From the NCBI GenBank assembly GCA_013239625.1, contig MU054187.1:17042711-17106710 (forward strand): DNA of 64,000 bases, in the 5' to 3' direction. This DNA is from Lama guanicoe (taxonomy: Eukaryota). Each line of letters begins with the position of its first letter. Position 1 is the stretch's first letter. A model generated the notes under the pieces. That model saw nothing but the letters and a program-made list of their open reading frames with translations, was not told the DNA's origin and did not search any database. A program made the translations under genes and the position numbers. Below are positions 38,420 to 52,187 of the stretch, piece by piece.

Positions 38420-39150
38420 TTATTCAAGAAATAGTTACGGCAGGACCACCTGTAACACTAGGGGTAAAGCAGTAAATAAAACAGCCAAACACCTCTGCCA
38501 CTGCAACATTTACACCCCTGTGGGAAAAAAAACAAATAAAGAAATTAGTGATAAATAACCATGTTGAGTGGAGAACAATGATTTAAAAGTTTGGAGGGAA
38601 AAGTGAGAAGTTCAGTTTTGGTTGTTTTAATATTGAAAGAATTAGATACCCACATAGGGACATCAAGTAGGCAATTAGTTACAACTCAAGAGATAATCAC
38701 ACCCTGGATATAAGTTTGAGAGTTTTCAGGTCTCCAGTTACTTAAAGTGATGAGGCAAAATGAGACCACCAATTAATTGAGTAACAGATAAAATAGAGAA
38801 TAAGGCAAAGGCAAATAAGGACTCAAATCCTGGAGCATTCCAGTACGGGGTGAGAAACCAGTTAAGCAGTCTGAGTAGAAAACAAGAAGAAAACCTGAAA
38901 CTGAAGGCTGCCCCAAAACCAATGGAATAAAACGTTTCTAGGAAAGGAGCATGATAAACCTAACGGTAAAAGTCAGAAATGAGAGTTGTCCGTTTAACAA
39001 CATGGACATCACTGAAGACCTTGTCAGAACAATCTGGGTGCAGGGTTAGGGGAGACCTGGGGAATGGGAAAGAATGGGAAGGGAGGAAATGAGGACAGGG
39101 AGTGTTAAAAATGTATTCTAAAACATTTTCCTGTGAATGGAAACAAACGG
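38420..39150 (-). mobile_element. L2 fragments
   Basis: AAAGCAGTAAATAAAACAG, AGTTCAGTTTTGG, TCAAGTAGGCAATT, ACATGGACATCACTGAAGACCTTG, GAATGGGAAGGGAGGAAATGAGGACAG. Confidence 0.7.
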
Positions 39151-42120
39151 GCCTGGATAAATCAATAAACCTGCGTGTGTTTATTAACGGCTGAAATTGA
39201 ACACGTTGGTTTCCCAGAGTTAAGCTGGAGATAAAGTCGTATATGGCATTGCTTTATTAGACAGAACAGTCCTGGAAAGGTAAAGTGGGGAAAATCAGAA
39301 CTGAGCAGGGATGGAGGGAAATTGGGGTAGCTGTTGACTAGACAATCTCTTGAGATCAAACAAGAGTCGCAGCTTAATTCCTTGGTACTGTCCTTCCAGA
39401 AGACAAATGAACTGCTATTTCTCAAGGCTTTCTACTCAGGGGAGCAAGGAAGATTTTATCTGCCAGTTTCTTTTTCCCATTAGTAAAATTGTCTCTGAGG
39501 TGTTAATTTCTCTGTCTTGTGTTGTTGGTGCTTAGCATTTAGTGTATCTTATGGTGTCCCACATGTCAGCTTATAAAGGGACAACCTGGAGGGAGGGAGG
39601 TAGTGTTATGTGGAAGATGAAGTTGGTTGCAATCCATGCAGCTTGTGAACCCAGTGGCAGCTGAAATAGGAATGAATAGCCAAAATCTTGAGATGGTAGA
39701 AGCCAAGAGTATCTAGCACATAAGATAATGTTAGTTTAATTAGTATCATAAATAATATTCTTATGCTATTTGTATCCTGATAGCAAGGAACCTCTAACAA
39801 GGAGACATTTGAAGATGCAAAAGAAAGTGGGGGAAATTGTTGGAGTTATGTGTGTGGAATGATGGAACACTTGAGAGAATAAGAAATGAGTAATTTGAAT
39901 AGCTCTGAATGGGAACACAGAAACTCGCCCAGAATGTATAGGCCAAAATGCAGTTAGGTTAGTGGATATAATTTTAAGAGTATTGGCTTTAACCTTCTGG
40001 TTGCTTGCATCTTCTTTCTGAAGACACTTTTAACCACTAAATCATGATTAAAAGTGTTTTTATATTTTCCATATTTCATCTCCTAGAATTAGATGAAATG
40101 TTGCCAGGAATCATATTTATCTTTCTCATAAAATATCTTAATCTTTTAAAGTTTCTAGGGCCCTTAGAAGTCTGTGCTACTCTAGAAAGTAGGTCTGTAT
40201 TGTTTAAATCCAATGGAGCTATGAAACATCTCTCCAGAAATTATGCAAAATTTAATTCAAACAATTCTGCCCCTTAATTAAGATTCAAACATGTTGGTAG
40301 AGAAAATTAGGTAGACAGATAAAATCAATCTTAGCTATACCACCACTTTTAAAAATTTGACTGTCTAGTCATAGGACATATTATTATGTAAATGTTTAAT
40401 ATTTCTCTCTGGATTATGCCTCCAATAGGTTCACTGTATCCTCTTGACTTAGTACTCGTGGCTCTGATTCCATCTTCTCTCCTAATAATATACGTGGTGC
40501 ATAAAACATTTCTAACATAGAAGGGTGAAGTGGAAAATTAAAGCTGTGATCTGGAGTGTTTTGATCAAAATTGTCTAACTACCTAAATTATCTAGATAAG
40601 TGAGGCAAATAATCTCTTCTTCTATTTCATTCTTAACTAAAATTCTGCTCCGATGGGTATTGCCCCTTCAGTAAAGAGCACTCCTGATGGGGGCTGGGCC
40701 AGGCTGGCAGAGTAGTGGGACGCCTAGCTCAGTCTGTCCACAAATACAGCAAAATCTACATCTGTATACGGACACATCACACAGAATATCTGCTCAACTT
40801 TGTCCAAATATCTCTTACATCAGAAATGCAAGGAAATCGCCACAAAACTGGTAAGAACAAAAAAAAAAAAAAAAGAATAATGAAAACTTTTATTGTCCTA
40901 TGCTTCTAATCTGATTACCAAAACTATTTCCTAATAATTAAAATATTTTGTATTTGCATTCTATAGCAATAGATACTTAAGTTTTACTTGCTTCAATAAA
41001 GACACTATTAAATAAGTGCACATGAGTTCCAGGGACACTAAACCCACCTAAGCTCATTGATGACCTGTATTCTATATTTTTGACATAGTATGGGCTAACA
41101 TTTTAGTTGCATCTTTAATAAAAGTATATTAATAGAAGGAAATATATAAAGCTACATGTCTGTCATTATACATTATATAATCAATCTTTGCTCTCCTCTT
41201 TTGCCAGGATTCATGAGGAAATAATCCTCTCCTATTGTCTTTCTAAGGCGTGATAACTCAGACTACATCAATCTCAAGGTAAATTGACAGAACCAGAGAG
41301 GCAATTTTTTGCCTGTTTTTTCATTCATCAATTTGAGCTAGTTTCCTCTGCAGTGTTTTAAATGTATATTCACCTTAGAATTATTTGTTACTTTTCAATA
41401 TTTTTTTCATACATTCCCCCTCTCAATTTTTATAGCTTGAAGGCCTCAATGGTTTTATGGTTAATGGTTCACGTAACTGGAAAAACAGGTATTTTTGTTT
41501 CTCTAGGATTTTTTTTACGTTTAATAGTGTCCTTTAATCTTCCCTTGTTTGGATAGTATTATAGCTAAAACAGTACTTAAAGTTATAGGACAGAGTTTCA
41601 AATTTTAAAACAAAATTATCTATGAAAATTCAAAGTTTACGATTCATAGTTAACATTGTTACATTTCATATGCCCATTAAGTTGAACATTTAAAAAAATT
41701 ACTATAAAATTAAAATAAAATGATAAAATACAAGTCAATATTACTTATAATAAAGGTTTTAATTTAATATAATAAAATATAATAAAGTATACATTATATA
41801 GCTACCTGGCTAATATTTTATTGCTAGATGTTATATTTATATTGTGATATTTAAAATTGGATTTAGATGCATTCACACACAGACACAGACACATTACAAT
41901 ATACATATGCTGTAAATGAGATGACTTCAATTTCTAGACTTGCCATAAACAAAACTTCAATCTCTGTATTAATATTAAACAGAAAATGTATCCAAGCACA
42001 TGTATCCAAGTAACTCTATCCAACTTCTGCTTTTTCTTAATAATATGTGTTCTCATCAATTTAAATTTTATGAAGTTTACCAAAAGGAAATTATGGTCTT
42101 GATCGTATTAAAATAATTAG

Positions 42121-45100
42121 AAGAAGAACAAGATGGTGCACCCCTCTCCCGTGGAAACACTAACTCAACAATAGTACATGGAACAATCCTCTTTGTGAGG
42201 AATCTAGACACCAGTTTAGGGACTCTTGCACCCAACACAAGCATAAAACCAGCTGCATCAAAGCTGGTTGGAGAATTTGTCCTTCCCACTGGCATAGTAC
42301 CACGTAATTGAGAGGAAACTCCCAGCTTGTCCCTGAAGAGAAAGAGAAGATCAGACAAAATGTCCAACATTCTAACATTTCGGGGGCTACCTGAGAGGCT
42401 GGTTTCTGTCCCACGTGTCTCAGAGGACTCTCTAGGTGGCTGGGGGCTGCTGAGAACAGAAGAGCCCAGAGGCACGCTGCCCCGCAGGGTGTGCAGTGTG
42501 GCAGACGGAGCTGATGCAGCTCAGTGGCCTCTCACTCAGGAAGAAAGAGGAAAGCACAGCATACATCCAACTTTCCAGCTTTTCAGGGGTCTGTTCGTGG
42601 GGCTGGCTTCTGTCTTGCTTGTCTCCAAGTGCAGAGAGGATGCTGCCTGCTCTAGATGCTTGAAAGACGATGCTATAGACTGAATGTTTGTATATCCCCA
42701 AAGTTCATAGATTGAAACCTAATCCACGTGGTGATGATATTTGGAGGTGCGGCCTTTGGGAGGTGATTAGGTAGTGAAGGTAGAGCTCTCATGAATGCCG
42801 TTAGTGCCCTTACAAAAAATCCTCAGAGAGATTCCGCACACCTTTCTCCATGTGAGCACATAGCAAGAAGGTGGCCATCAATGAACCATCAGCAGATACA
42901 AAATCTGCCAGTGCCTTGATCTGGGACTTCCCAGCCTCCAGAATTGTGAAAAATAAATTTTATTGTACGAGCCACCCAATCTCTGGTAGTTTTGTTAGAG
43001 CAATTTGAATGGACTAAATGGTGCTCAGGACAAAAACTAAGCTGGATGGCATGCTGCTGCTTCAGAGGATCTGTGGTACAGCATGCAGTCACGGCAGAAA
43101 TGAGAGATTACAATCTCCTGGAAAAAAGAAACTGGCAAATCTCTCTAAATATCAATCTACAAAGAATAAAAATATACAGCCATAGGAAAAATTTGGGAAG
43201 GCCCCCAAATGCCTAGCCAGGCTGACTTTTGAAGGTCTTTCCCTGCATAAAAACAGTCTATAAAGACTGGAAGAGCTGGTTGTTTTTTTTTCTCCCCAAA
43301 TGTATGAATACTAACACAAAACCAGAGGAATACAAAAACAAGAAAAACCCAGTTAAAGGAACAAAATAAATCTCTAGTAACTGGCTCAAAAGAAATAGAG
43401 GTATATGACTTACCTGAAAAAATTATTCAAAATAATAGTCAAAAAAATAGTCAATCAGCTCAGGAAATTAAGGCATAAATAAAGTTAAGAATTTCAACAA
43501 AGAGTTAGAAAATATTTAAAGGAACCAAACGGAATTTGGGGGCTGAAGACTGCAAGGACTGAACTAGAAAAGGTCACTAGAGGCATTCTACAGCACATGT
43601 TACCAAGTAAAAGAAAGAATCAGCCAATCTAAAGACAGTCATTTGAAATTATCCAGGCAGAGGAGCAAAAAGAAAAAAAAATGAAAAAGAAGAAGCATTA
43701 TGGGAGTCACAAAGGGAGAAGAGAGATAAAGGAGAAGAAAGTATATTTAAAAAAACAATGGCTAAGATTTCCCAAGTTTGGGGATGAAAAAAAAAATCCA
43801 GATTCAAAAAGCCTAATATCTATTAAATAGGAAAAAAACAAGTCCACACTGAGATATATACAAGGAAATTTTCAAATGTCAAAAACAGAGAAAATTTTAA
43901 AAGCAACAAGAGGAAAAGTGACTCATAGTATATGAAAGAACTGTCCACCGCACCCTCCTCCACTGCACCCTGTAAGACTATCAGCGGGATTCTCAGCAGA
44001 ACCTTTGCAGGCCAAGATGAAGTGAGATGATATGTACAAAATGCTTAAAGAAAGAAAAAACTACCAACCAAGAATATTATTTCCAATAACCATCCTTCAA
44101 AAATGAAGGTGAGATAAAGACTTTCCCAGATATACAAGATATAAAAGAATTTACCACTAGACCTGCCTTATAAGAAATGCTAAAGAGAGCACTTTAAATT
44201 GAAACAGAAATATGTTAAACAGCAGCACAAAAGCCTGTGAAAATATAAAGCTTGCTTTTAAAAGCAATTATATAGACAGATGCAGAATACTGTGATATGG
44301 TTATGGAAAATTTGTAAATCGCTTTTAATCCAGGTATAGAAGTTAAAAAATAAAAGTATAAATGTAACTATAACTATAAAAATTCATTAATGGATATACA
44401 ATATAAAAAGATACAATTTGTGATGTCAATACCATAAAGTGTATCAGGGAAAGAAGCAGTAGTTTTTATAAGTAACTGAACTTAAGTTATCGGCTTAAAA
44501 TAAATTGTTATAACTATATGATGTTTTATTTAAGCCCATGGTAACCACAAAGAAAATACTTATAATAGATATACAAATAGAAAACAAAATAAAAAGAAAT
44601 AAAACACTTCACTACATAATAACCAATGAAACACAAAGAAGACAGCAAGAGAGGGAAAAAGAAAAAAAAGTTACTAGAAAGGCAGAAAATAACTAATAAA
44701 ATGGTCATAGTGAGTCATTGCCTATCAATAATTACTTTAAATGTAAATGGATTAAACTTAGCAATGGAAAGACAGAGTGGCTGAATAGATTTAAAAAAAA
44801 AAAAGGAAAAAAGTTCCAACATATGCTCTCTACAAGAGACCTACTTTAGATTTAAGGATATACAAGGGCTGAAAGTGGAAAGATATTCCATGCAAATAGT
44901 AATCAGAAGAGCAAGGATGGCCATACTCATATTAGATAAAATAAACTCTAAGTTAAACACCACCACAAGACAAAAAAGGACATTATATAATGATAAAAGA
45001 GTCAATTCACCTGCAAGAAAAAGTGGTTATATAAATATATGCACCTCAAATTAGAAAGCCCCCAAATATATGAAAGAAACATTAGTAGAACTGAAGAGAA

Positions 45101-46984
45101 AAAGAGATGGCAATACAATAATGGGACATTTCAATACCCGCTTTCAAAATGGATAGAACTTCCAGACGGAAGGTAATGATACAGAGGAATTAAATAATAG
45201 ACTAAATGATTCTAACCGATATATACATGATATTCTACCCAAGAGCAGCAGAATAGATACTATTCTCAAGCACATAGAGAATATTCTCCAGCATAGATCA
45301 CATGTTAGGTAACAAACAAATGTTGACAAATTTAGGAATATTGAAATCATACCAAGTATCTTCCCAACCACAATGGAATAAAACTAGAAACCAGTAATAG
45401 ATGGAAAGCTAGATAATTCATAAATATGTGAACAAAAACCCAACATATTTTTGAATAATTAATGGACAAAGAAAAATCAAAAGCTTAATTATAAAATATC
45501 CTAAGACAAATGAAAATAATAACACAGTATAGCAAAACTTATAGGATGCAGAAAAAGCAGTAGCACTAAGAGGGAAGTTTATAGCAATAAATGTCTACAT
45601 TAATAAAGAAGAAAGATCTCAAATAAACAACCCAAAAATACACCTCAAGGAACCAGAAAAGAACAACGAAGTAAGCCTGAAGTCAGCAGAAGGAAGGGAA
45701 TAATACATATTACAGCATACATCAATGAAACAAAGAATAGAAAAACAATAGATAAAAACATAAAACTGAGTTGAATTTTTGGAAAGGTCAACAAAATTGG
45801 CAAAACTTTAGCTAGACTAACTAAGGACAAAGATATGTATCAAATTTTAAAAAATCACAAATTAAAGAGGAGACAATACAACTAATGCTACAGAAAGTTT
45901 AAAATAATCAAATAATTATGAACAATTATATGCCAATAAATTGCATAACTTAGAAGAAATGGAGAAATTTCTAGAGACATACAACCTAATAAGACCATAT
46001 CATGAAGAAAGAGAAAATATTTGCAAACCATATATCTGATAAGGAGTCAATACCCCAAATATATAAGAAACTCATACAACTCAATAGCAAAAACATAATA
46101 AAATAATAATAAATACATGCAAAAAAGCAAATAACAATTAAAAAGTGGGCAAAGAACTTAAATTGAAATTTCTCAAAAGAAGTCATGCAAATGGTCAACA
46201 GTTTTATGAAAAGATACTCAACATCGCTAATTATCAGGGAAATGTAAATCAAAACCGTAATATATCACGTTACATTTTTAGGAAAATCCATTATAAAAAA
46301 AAGAAAAATAAAACAAAAAATGAAAATGACAACTGTTGGTAAAGATGTTAAGAAGATGAAACCATTGTGCACTGTTGGTGGGAATGTAAAATGGTGCAGT
46401 TACTGTGGAAAAGAATACGGAGGCCCCTCAAAAATAGAGTTCTATATGGTCCCCACAATCCTACATCTAGGTATTTACCCAAAGGAACTGAAATCAGAAT
46501 CTCGGAGAGATATTTTCACTCTCATGTTCATTGTAGTGTCATTCACAATGGTCAAGATGTGAAAACAACCTAAATGTTCATCTATGGATGAATGAATTAA
46601 AAATGTGTTATATCAGGCAATGGACTATTATTCAGCCTAAAAAAGAAGGAAATCTTGTCATTTGCTACAACATAAATGAACCTTGAGGACATTGTGTTAA
46701 GTGAAATAAGACAGACACAAAAGGACAAATATTACATAGTTTCACTTAAATGAGGTATTTAAAATAGTCAAACTCATGAAAGCAGAAATTAGGACTGTTG
46801 TTGCCAGGTGTCAGAGATTTACGGAAATTGTGCGTTGGTGAGAGTTTCATCATGCAAGATGAAAAAGTTCCGGAGATCTGTTGTATAACTTTGTGCTTAT
46901 AGTCAACAACACTCTACTAGTCACTTCAAAATTTGTTAAGAAGGTGATCTCATTTTATGTGTTCTTTTCCACAATTAAAAAAAA
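42121..46984 (+). mobile_element. Old LINE-1 (L1MA/L1MB-type) with 5' UTR, ORF1 remnant, ORF2 endonuclease region and 3' end; RT region deleted
   Basis: CAAGATGG at the 5' end; ORF1 remnant ~43300-44210 (TAAGACTATCAGCGGGATTCTCAGCAGAACC, CAACCAAGAATATTATTTCCA); ORF2 start at 44701 reads MVIVSHCLSIITLNVNGLN; C-terminal EKIFANHISDK and CTVGGNVKWCSYCGK; poly(A) ~46977-46984; TAATTAG flanks both ends (42114-42120, 46990-46996). Many stops and frameshifts. Confidence 0.9.
42671..43020 (+). mobile_element. MaLR solo LTR (MLT1A/MLT1A0-like) inserted in the L1 5' region
   Basis: TGCTATAGACTGAATGTTTGT...GGCCTTTGGGAGGTGATTAGGT...TGCCTTGATCTGGGACTTCCCAGCCTCCAGAATTGTGA...AATAAATT...GGACTAA. Confidence 0.92.
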
Positions 46985-49429
46985 CACATTAATTAGTTGT
47001 CAGCAGATAGGTTAGTTGTTGGTCATGTTTTGGAAAGAATAAGATTGAAAGGTGAGTGATGAGGAAGTCCAGGGGAGAGGATTTTGAATAATCATCTCAG
47101 AATGGCAATAAAAGTAATTAGAAGGAAATAAGTTACACAAATTACGACAACTACATCAAGTATAAATGAATCTTTCCATGGTGCTTGCAAATCTTTGATG
47201 TTCAAAATTCTTCATAGTATCATTCCAGTATCATTGTTAATCAACCTAAATAGAAAATTGTTCCAAATAAATATACGTGAAGAATTAGAACACTATATCT
47301 ATCATTGAATTGAGCATCTTACCTTTTAAAAATACTCTTTAATGTCACTATGATACTATCCTCTCAAAAAGGAGATTGGCATAATGCATGTCTAGTTTGG
47401 AACCCAATTTACAGGCTTTAAAAAAAGGCATCAACAGAAACTCATTTTAACATAATCTACATATAAAATAACTTTGTGGAATAGAACTTCCATATATTGG
47501 TGCTGGCAGTCATGGTTCTGGTTGGTCTCAGTATATGCATGTCCTATCTATTAAAGTAAGAACCCAGTTTACAGTATATGAGAATTGCTGCCCCCAGTCA
47601 GGTGACCATGTTGCCACTGTCTTTTCCCTTATCCCTGCTCCTTCTCCTCCTGCGTGGGCTTCACCTCTTCTCTCCCACCGCTTCACCCTTATGAAACGGG
47701 AATAGAGAAGCCCTTGGGCTTGTTGTCACTGCCTCTGACGGAGGGAACGGTGAATCCACAGCTTCCCTAACCACATTTCCACTCCTAGTTCGCTAGTCTT
47801 GTTGTTCAGTCATATTCCAACCACTGTCGTCCCCTCTCCTAACCTGAGACTACTCTCATAGTCAAAGTGGAGCTGTTGCTTGAACTATATACTTGAAGTT
47901 TCCTTAGCACTTTGTGTATTGCCATAATCACCATTTACATCAAGTTATAACTTACCTCTCCCCCAGATCTCCAATGGAAGAAATCAGCTTTTATTGTGCT
48001 CTGTGTGTGTGTGTGTGTATCATGCACGTGTATAATGGGAGAAGCAGGGCTGGCACTTATGTCTTAATAAATTATACCATGCTAGTCTCAAATTCCTAAA
48101 TATTTTGCTCCTTTCACATAAGGATTTGTAAAACATTTCTAACGCTCTTAATGAAAATCAAAATGTTTTTCATTCAGAGTTTATTCCTTAAAGTTTTAAG
48201 AACTAAGAACTGATTTATAGCTTTTAGTAAGGACTGAAAACTTTGGCACAGTCATACGAGGCAATGATTTCATCAGAAGTAGATACCATTTGCTTTATCA
48301 AAGCTGGGTTTGGAGTGACCTGGAAAGCCCTTCTTCTCATTATATTCCGTGGAAACTGCCAGATCCGTTCAGGGTATGTCACTGGACATGGAAATAGGAA
48401 ACCTACCACTCCTAGCTCCTTGAGAAGGTAAAAATACAGTAACGGACATTGTATTTTTCAGTAGGAGAGTTGTATAATTCAATACAAGTCATTCCAAATA
48501 ACTTTGATTTCAGCATCTAAATGAGTTTGTCTGTGTGGGAACAGTGATCTACATGAGCTACACGTGGGAAAATCATGCTGGGAAAAGGTAGGGCGGCCCT
48601 CCTGACAACACAGGCAGGGAACTGAGACTTTTTTTAAACTTTTTATCTGTTCTGAATTTATTAACATTAGAATCAGCTTAGAAAAGCAACAAAGGGTTAT
48701 TGTTTTTCTTCAAGGGCAGGAGAATACTGTGTGAAAGTATTCTCTGTCTCAATAATCCAAACAGAAGAAAAATCCTGATTGAAAGTAATTATCTGATAGA
48801 AAAAAGGGAAGAATCAATCCTTAGTCTGATTAAAAATGATTAAAAAGGAGGGAATGCAAATATGAAAATATCTCTCAGTTAAGTGGGGATAATGATAACA
48901 GAGTTTGAGATGGTCCACACACTAATACTGAATATTGAATATATCACATTGAAAAAAAAATCTATAGGTACTTACATGAGGCAACTACAAATACGGGAAT
49001 AAATACGAATTGGTAAATTAACGTTCTTTAATTAAAAGAAAGCTGTGTTTTTTGGCTAAATTTGGAGATGTTTTAATTCCTCCCACCTGGAAAGACCCTG
49101 TTTATCAGTTGCCACCAGGCAGTGTCACAGGCAAAGCAATTCATTGTAAAGAATTTATTACACACACAGAGGCTGTGTGTTCTCTGCAATAGTTTAGATA
49201 AGAGTGGATAGTGAGAAACTTCATTTTTACTGATAAATCACGAAATACTTAAGCTTGTACGTGTGCTAAGGAAAAATACAATTTAATGATCCCCAGTTTA
49301 TAAATATAGGAAGATATCTGATGATGAAATTTGCATGTTACAACCATCTTGTTTCTATATCAATTACACATAGATTTTCTTTGAGCTCCGTTCTCAGTTC
49401 TCATCCCTCCTAGTCACGATCCATGTTGT

Positions 49430-49720
49430 ACTCAAATGCTACTTAAATACAAGTTTTAATTTCCTTATTAACACATTCTTGGTACATTCTCTGTGCACCA
49501 TATGCCTACAGGGAGCCCCTATTGTCTTTTACCATCTGGGCTGCTGAATTTCAGAGTCTCTGCTCTCCTTTCTTTTTAAGAAACTATAAACTGTCTTTTG
49601 AAGGCAATGGACTTAGAATATCACTGGGTACGCTACCAGCTGCTTTGTTTCCACTTTGGGCTTTTGCCCTATGTGAGGCTTGCGCATTGTTAAAGCACTG
49701 TTTATGACAAAGCATGCATT
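49430..49720 (+). mobile_element. L2 fragment
   Basis: CTCAAATGCTACTT...CTCTGTGCACC...ACTATAAACT...TTTGAAGGCAATGGAC; highly diverged. Confidence 0.35.
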
Positions 49721-50518
49721 AAACCTATTCCTGGTGATTTTGAAAAAATTGGAGTTTTAAAACCTGTATTAAAACTCAAAGTAAAATTTAAGAATTGAAG
49801 CTAGTTATATGGCATATACTGCTTTATGGGGGGAAAAAAGCCTCAAACATTTTTACATGGTCAGTGTGCCTTCTACAGTACTTCCTCAGCCTCTTTGTAC
49901 GTCCATCAAAATATTTAGAAGGTGTGGTGAGACAGCCTGCCACAACATACCCTAGGATGACGCTGAAATTAACCACCCAAATGGTGCTTCTAGTCTAGAC
50001 CAGGTTTTACAAGTCATTGGCTAGAGGCAGGGTATGCTAATTGAGGTCCCATCATCGCTGTGATTTAAAAATCAAATCAACAAACAGTACAACACACATG
50101 CACACACAAAACCTTTATCAGCTCAAATCTGATATGAATATCAGAATATCATGAATATCAAAAATCTTAAGGTCCCGTGAATTGCTGCTAACCAAGCTAA
50201 GGCATTCTGTGTTTTGAGAAGGAAAGACTGAACTTCTCCAACTGATATTAGAGAGAAAGAAGCCTCCAGTGCTCACAGCAGGCAACTGTCCAAGCTATTG
50301 TGGTTTTAGCAAGGACGTGTAGCAGCCCCACCTCTCTCACTGCTGTTTGAAAAATGCAGGGTGACAACTATACCTTCTCCACCCATTTTGAATCACTTTT
50401 AAAAAAGCATTTTGTGAACTTTTACATTTTTTAACGTTGCTTCTTCTAAACCCACACTCTTCACAACTCCCAAGGTAGAGTATTTCTTATTTCTATACCT
50501 CTGCATACCTAACTGATA

Positions 50519-50730
50519 CTGTATATCTTTGCTTAGAAGCTATGGCTTCTATTAAATTTAATTACTTACCCCTGTGGCTTTAAATTGAGGGTGGCTATAA
50601 AACAAAGACGGCTTCTATTAAATTTAATTACTTTCCCCTGCGGCTTGCATAGGAAGGGTGGCTTCTATTAAAAACTGCATGGTATAGGTGTGGCTGATAA
50701 TCAAGGATGCTTCTAAATGAAGATATACGG
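50519..50730. mobile_element. Non-autonomous Tc1/mariner-superfamily MITE (Tc2-like termini) with internal direct repeats
   Basis: 22-bp TIRs CTGTATATCTTTGCTTAGAAGC (50519-50540) and GCTTCTAAATGAAGATATACGG (50709-50730), 18 of 22 complementary; TA on the left, TC on the right. Confidence 0.7.
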
Positions 50731-52187
50731 TCTGTGTAATAATTAATCAAAGGAGAGGATGTTAGGTATAGAAACAGGATTGCATGATAGATGCCAATTC
50801 TGAAACTTATTAAAGTAACCTTAGTTCTAAAAGACTTTTTCGTTATTTATGTTGTTCTGATTTTCTTAATAAAAAAATATAGGTTACATCTGCACATATT
50901 ATATAGGATATATTAATGCTCTATTGAGGAAGGTAAATATTTTTAAACATCGCACGCTATCAGATAAAGAGTAGGGCTCTGTGATGCTTTTAACTGATTT
51001 TTCCCCTTTTGATAGTAGCTGAATAAAGAAAATGGCTTACAGATTTAGCTATGTATATAGTTTGAAAGTAACAACTGAAAAATGATGTTCATAATCTGAA
51101 TTGCAATGAAACCAATTATCTGTACTGTGGCTGTTCACATGGGAATTCTCCTAAAGGTTTAGTATTTCTTAAAAGAAATTAAAAACAGCTGTAAAAATAC
51201 CATAAAACAAAAATAGCAGCTGCAAAAGAGATTAACATTCCTAAATTTCATTTGAACCTGATATGTTATTTTTCCAACAGCAACGTATATATTCTGATTT
51301 TTAAATCTATCTTTATGAAATTTTACCTTAATAAAAAAAACAGGACAGGACTACTGAATACATCCTTGATATTACCAGTATTTAATATTCACATGGATTT
51401 TATACATTTTATCCCTTAAGTTCTTGTTGTTATAATTCTTTTTTAGTAATCCTCAAGTACGAACTCTGTAAAATAATCTGAAGTTGTTTAAGATTTAAAC
51501 AATACTGAGTAAACAAATTACAGCAAACTCTGTGCCGCTCCCTCTCTCTCTCTTTTATTTTTTTCATTATTTAAAACTGTCAACTGCTTCTCACACTGAA
51601 CCAAGAAGACCAAGGGCCTTTTTAAAATTTTATATAGTGTCTGCTTTCAAATTAAGCAATCATAAATAATAGTATAGCTGATTTTTTAATATACAGATCT
51701 ACATATAGCTACATACATCTATGCATATATATTAAAACAAAATACAATTTATAAAACAAATCTGGCAGTGGTGACAGTATAAAACAGTTAGTTTTGCTGT
51801 GCTGTTCAAAACATATGGCAACAACTTTTCTAGACTTGTGCCAGATGGAGGGAGGCCTTTAATCGATCCGGTCTGTTATACCGTATGTTCTTTCTCCATT
51901 AAGAGGGGTTCCTCCTTCCCAATTTAGAAATAAATTGCTAAATTTTTAAGTGTGAGAAGCAGCACTTTGCAACTTAGAAATAAGAAACTGAGAATCTTTA
52001 CTTATTTAAAAGGCAACAAAATAATCAGATCAAAAATCATCTGAACATCATATTTGCATTCTTTTAGCAAAATTTTTGTCAGCTGCTCAGATGTAACACA
52101 CATTCAGCATAGTGTGTATCTTATTTGTTTGGGTTTTGTTGGTTTAGTAGCCAAATGCTTTCAGACGAGAGCATCACACTTGACAAA

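Noticed and set aside
42077..43216. Overlapping 67-132 aa ORFs
   Set aside because: They lie in the GC-richer L1 5' region and MLT1A LTR, where stops are rarer.
48720..48744. 9-bp inverted repeat GAGAATACT-N7-AGTATTCTC
   Set aside because: Expected by chance in 64 kb of AT-rich DNA when variable spacers are allowed.
50544..50672. 37-bp repeats with ~29-bp spacing, superficially CRISPR-like
   Set aside because: Only two full copies, the 'spacers' share GGGTGGCT, they sit inside TIRs in mammalian DNA, and there are no cas genes.
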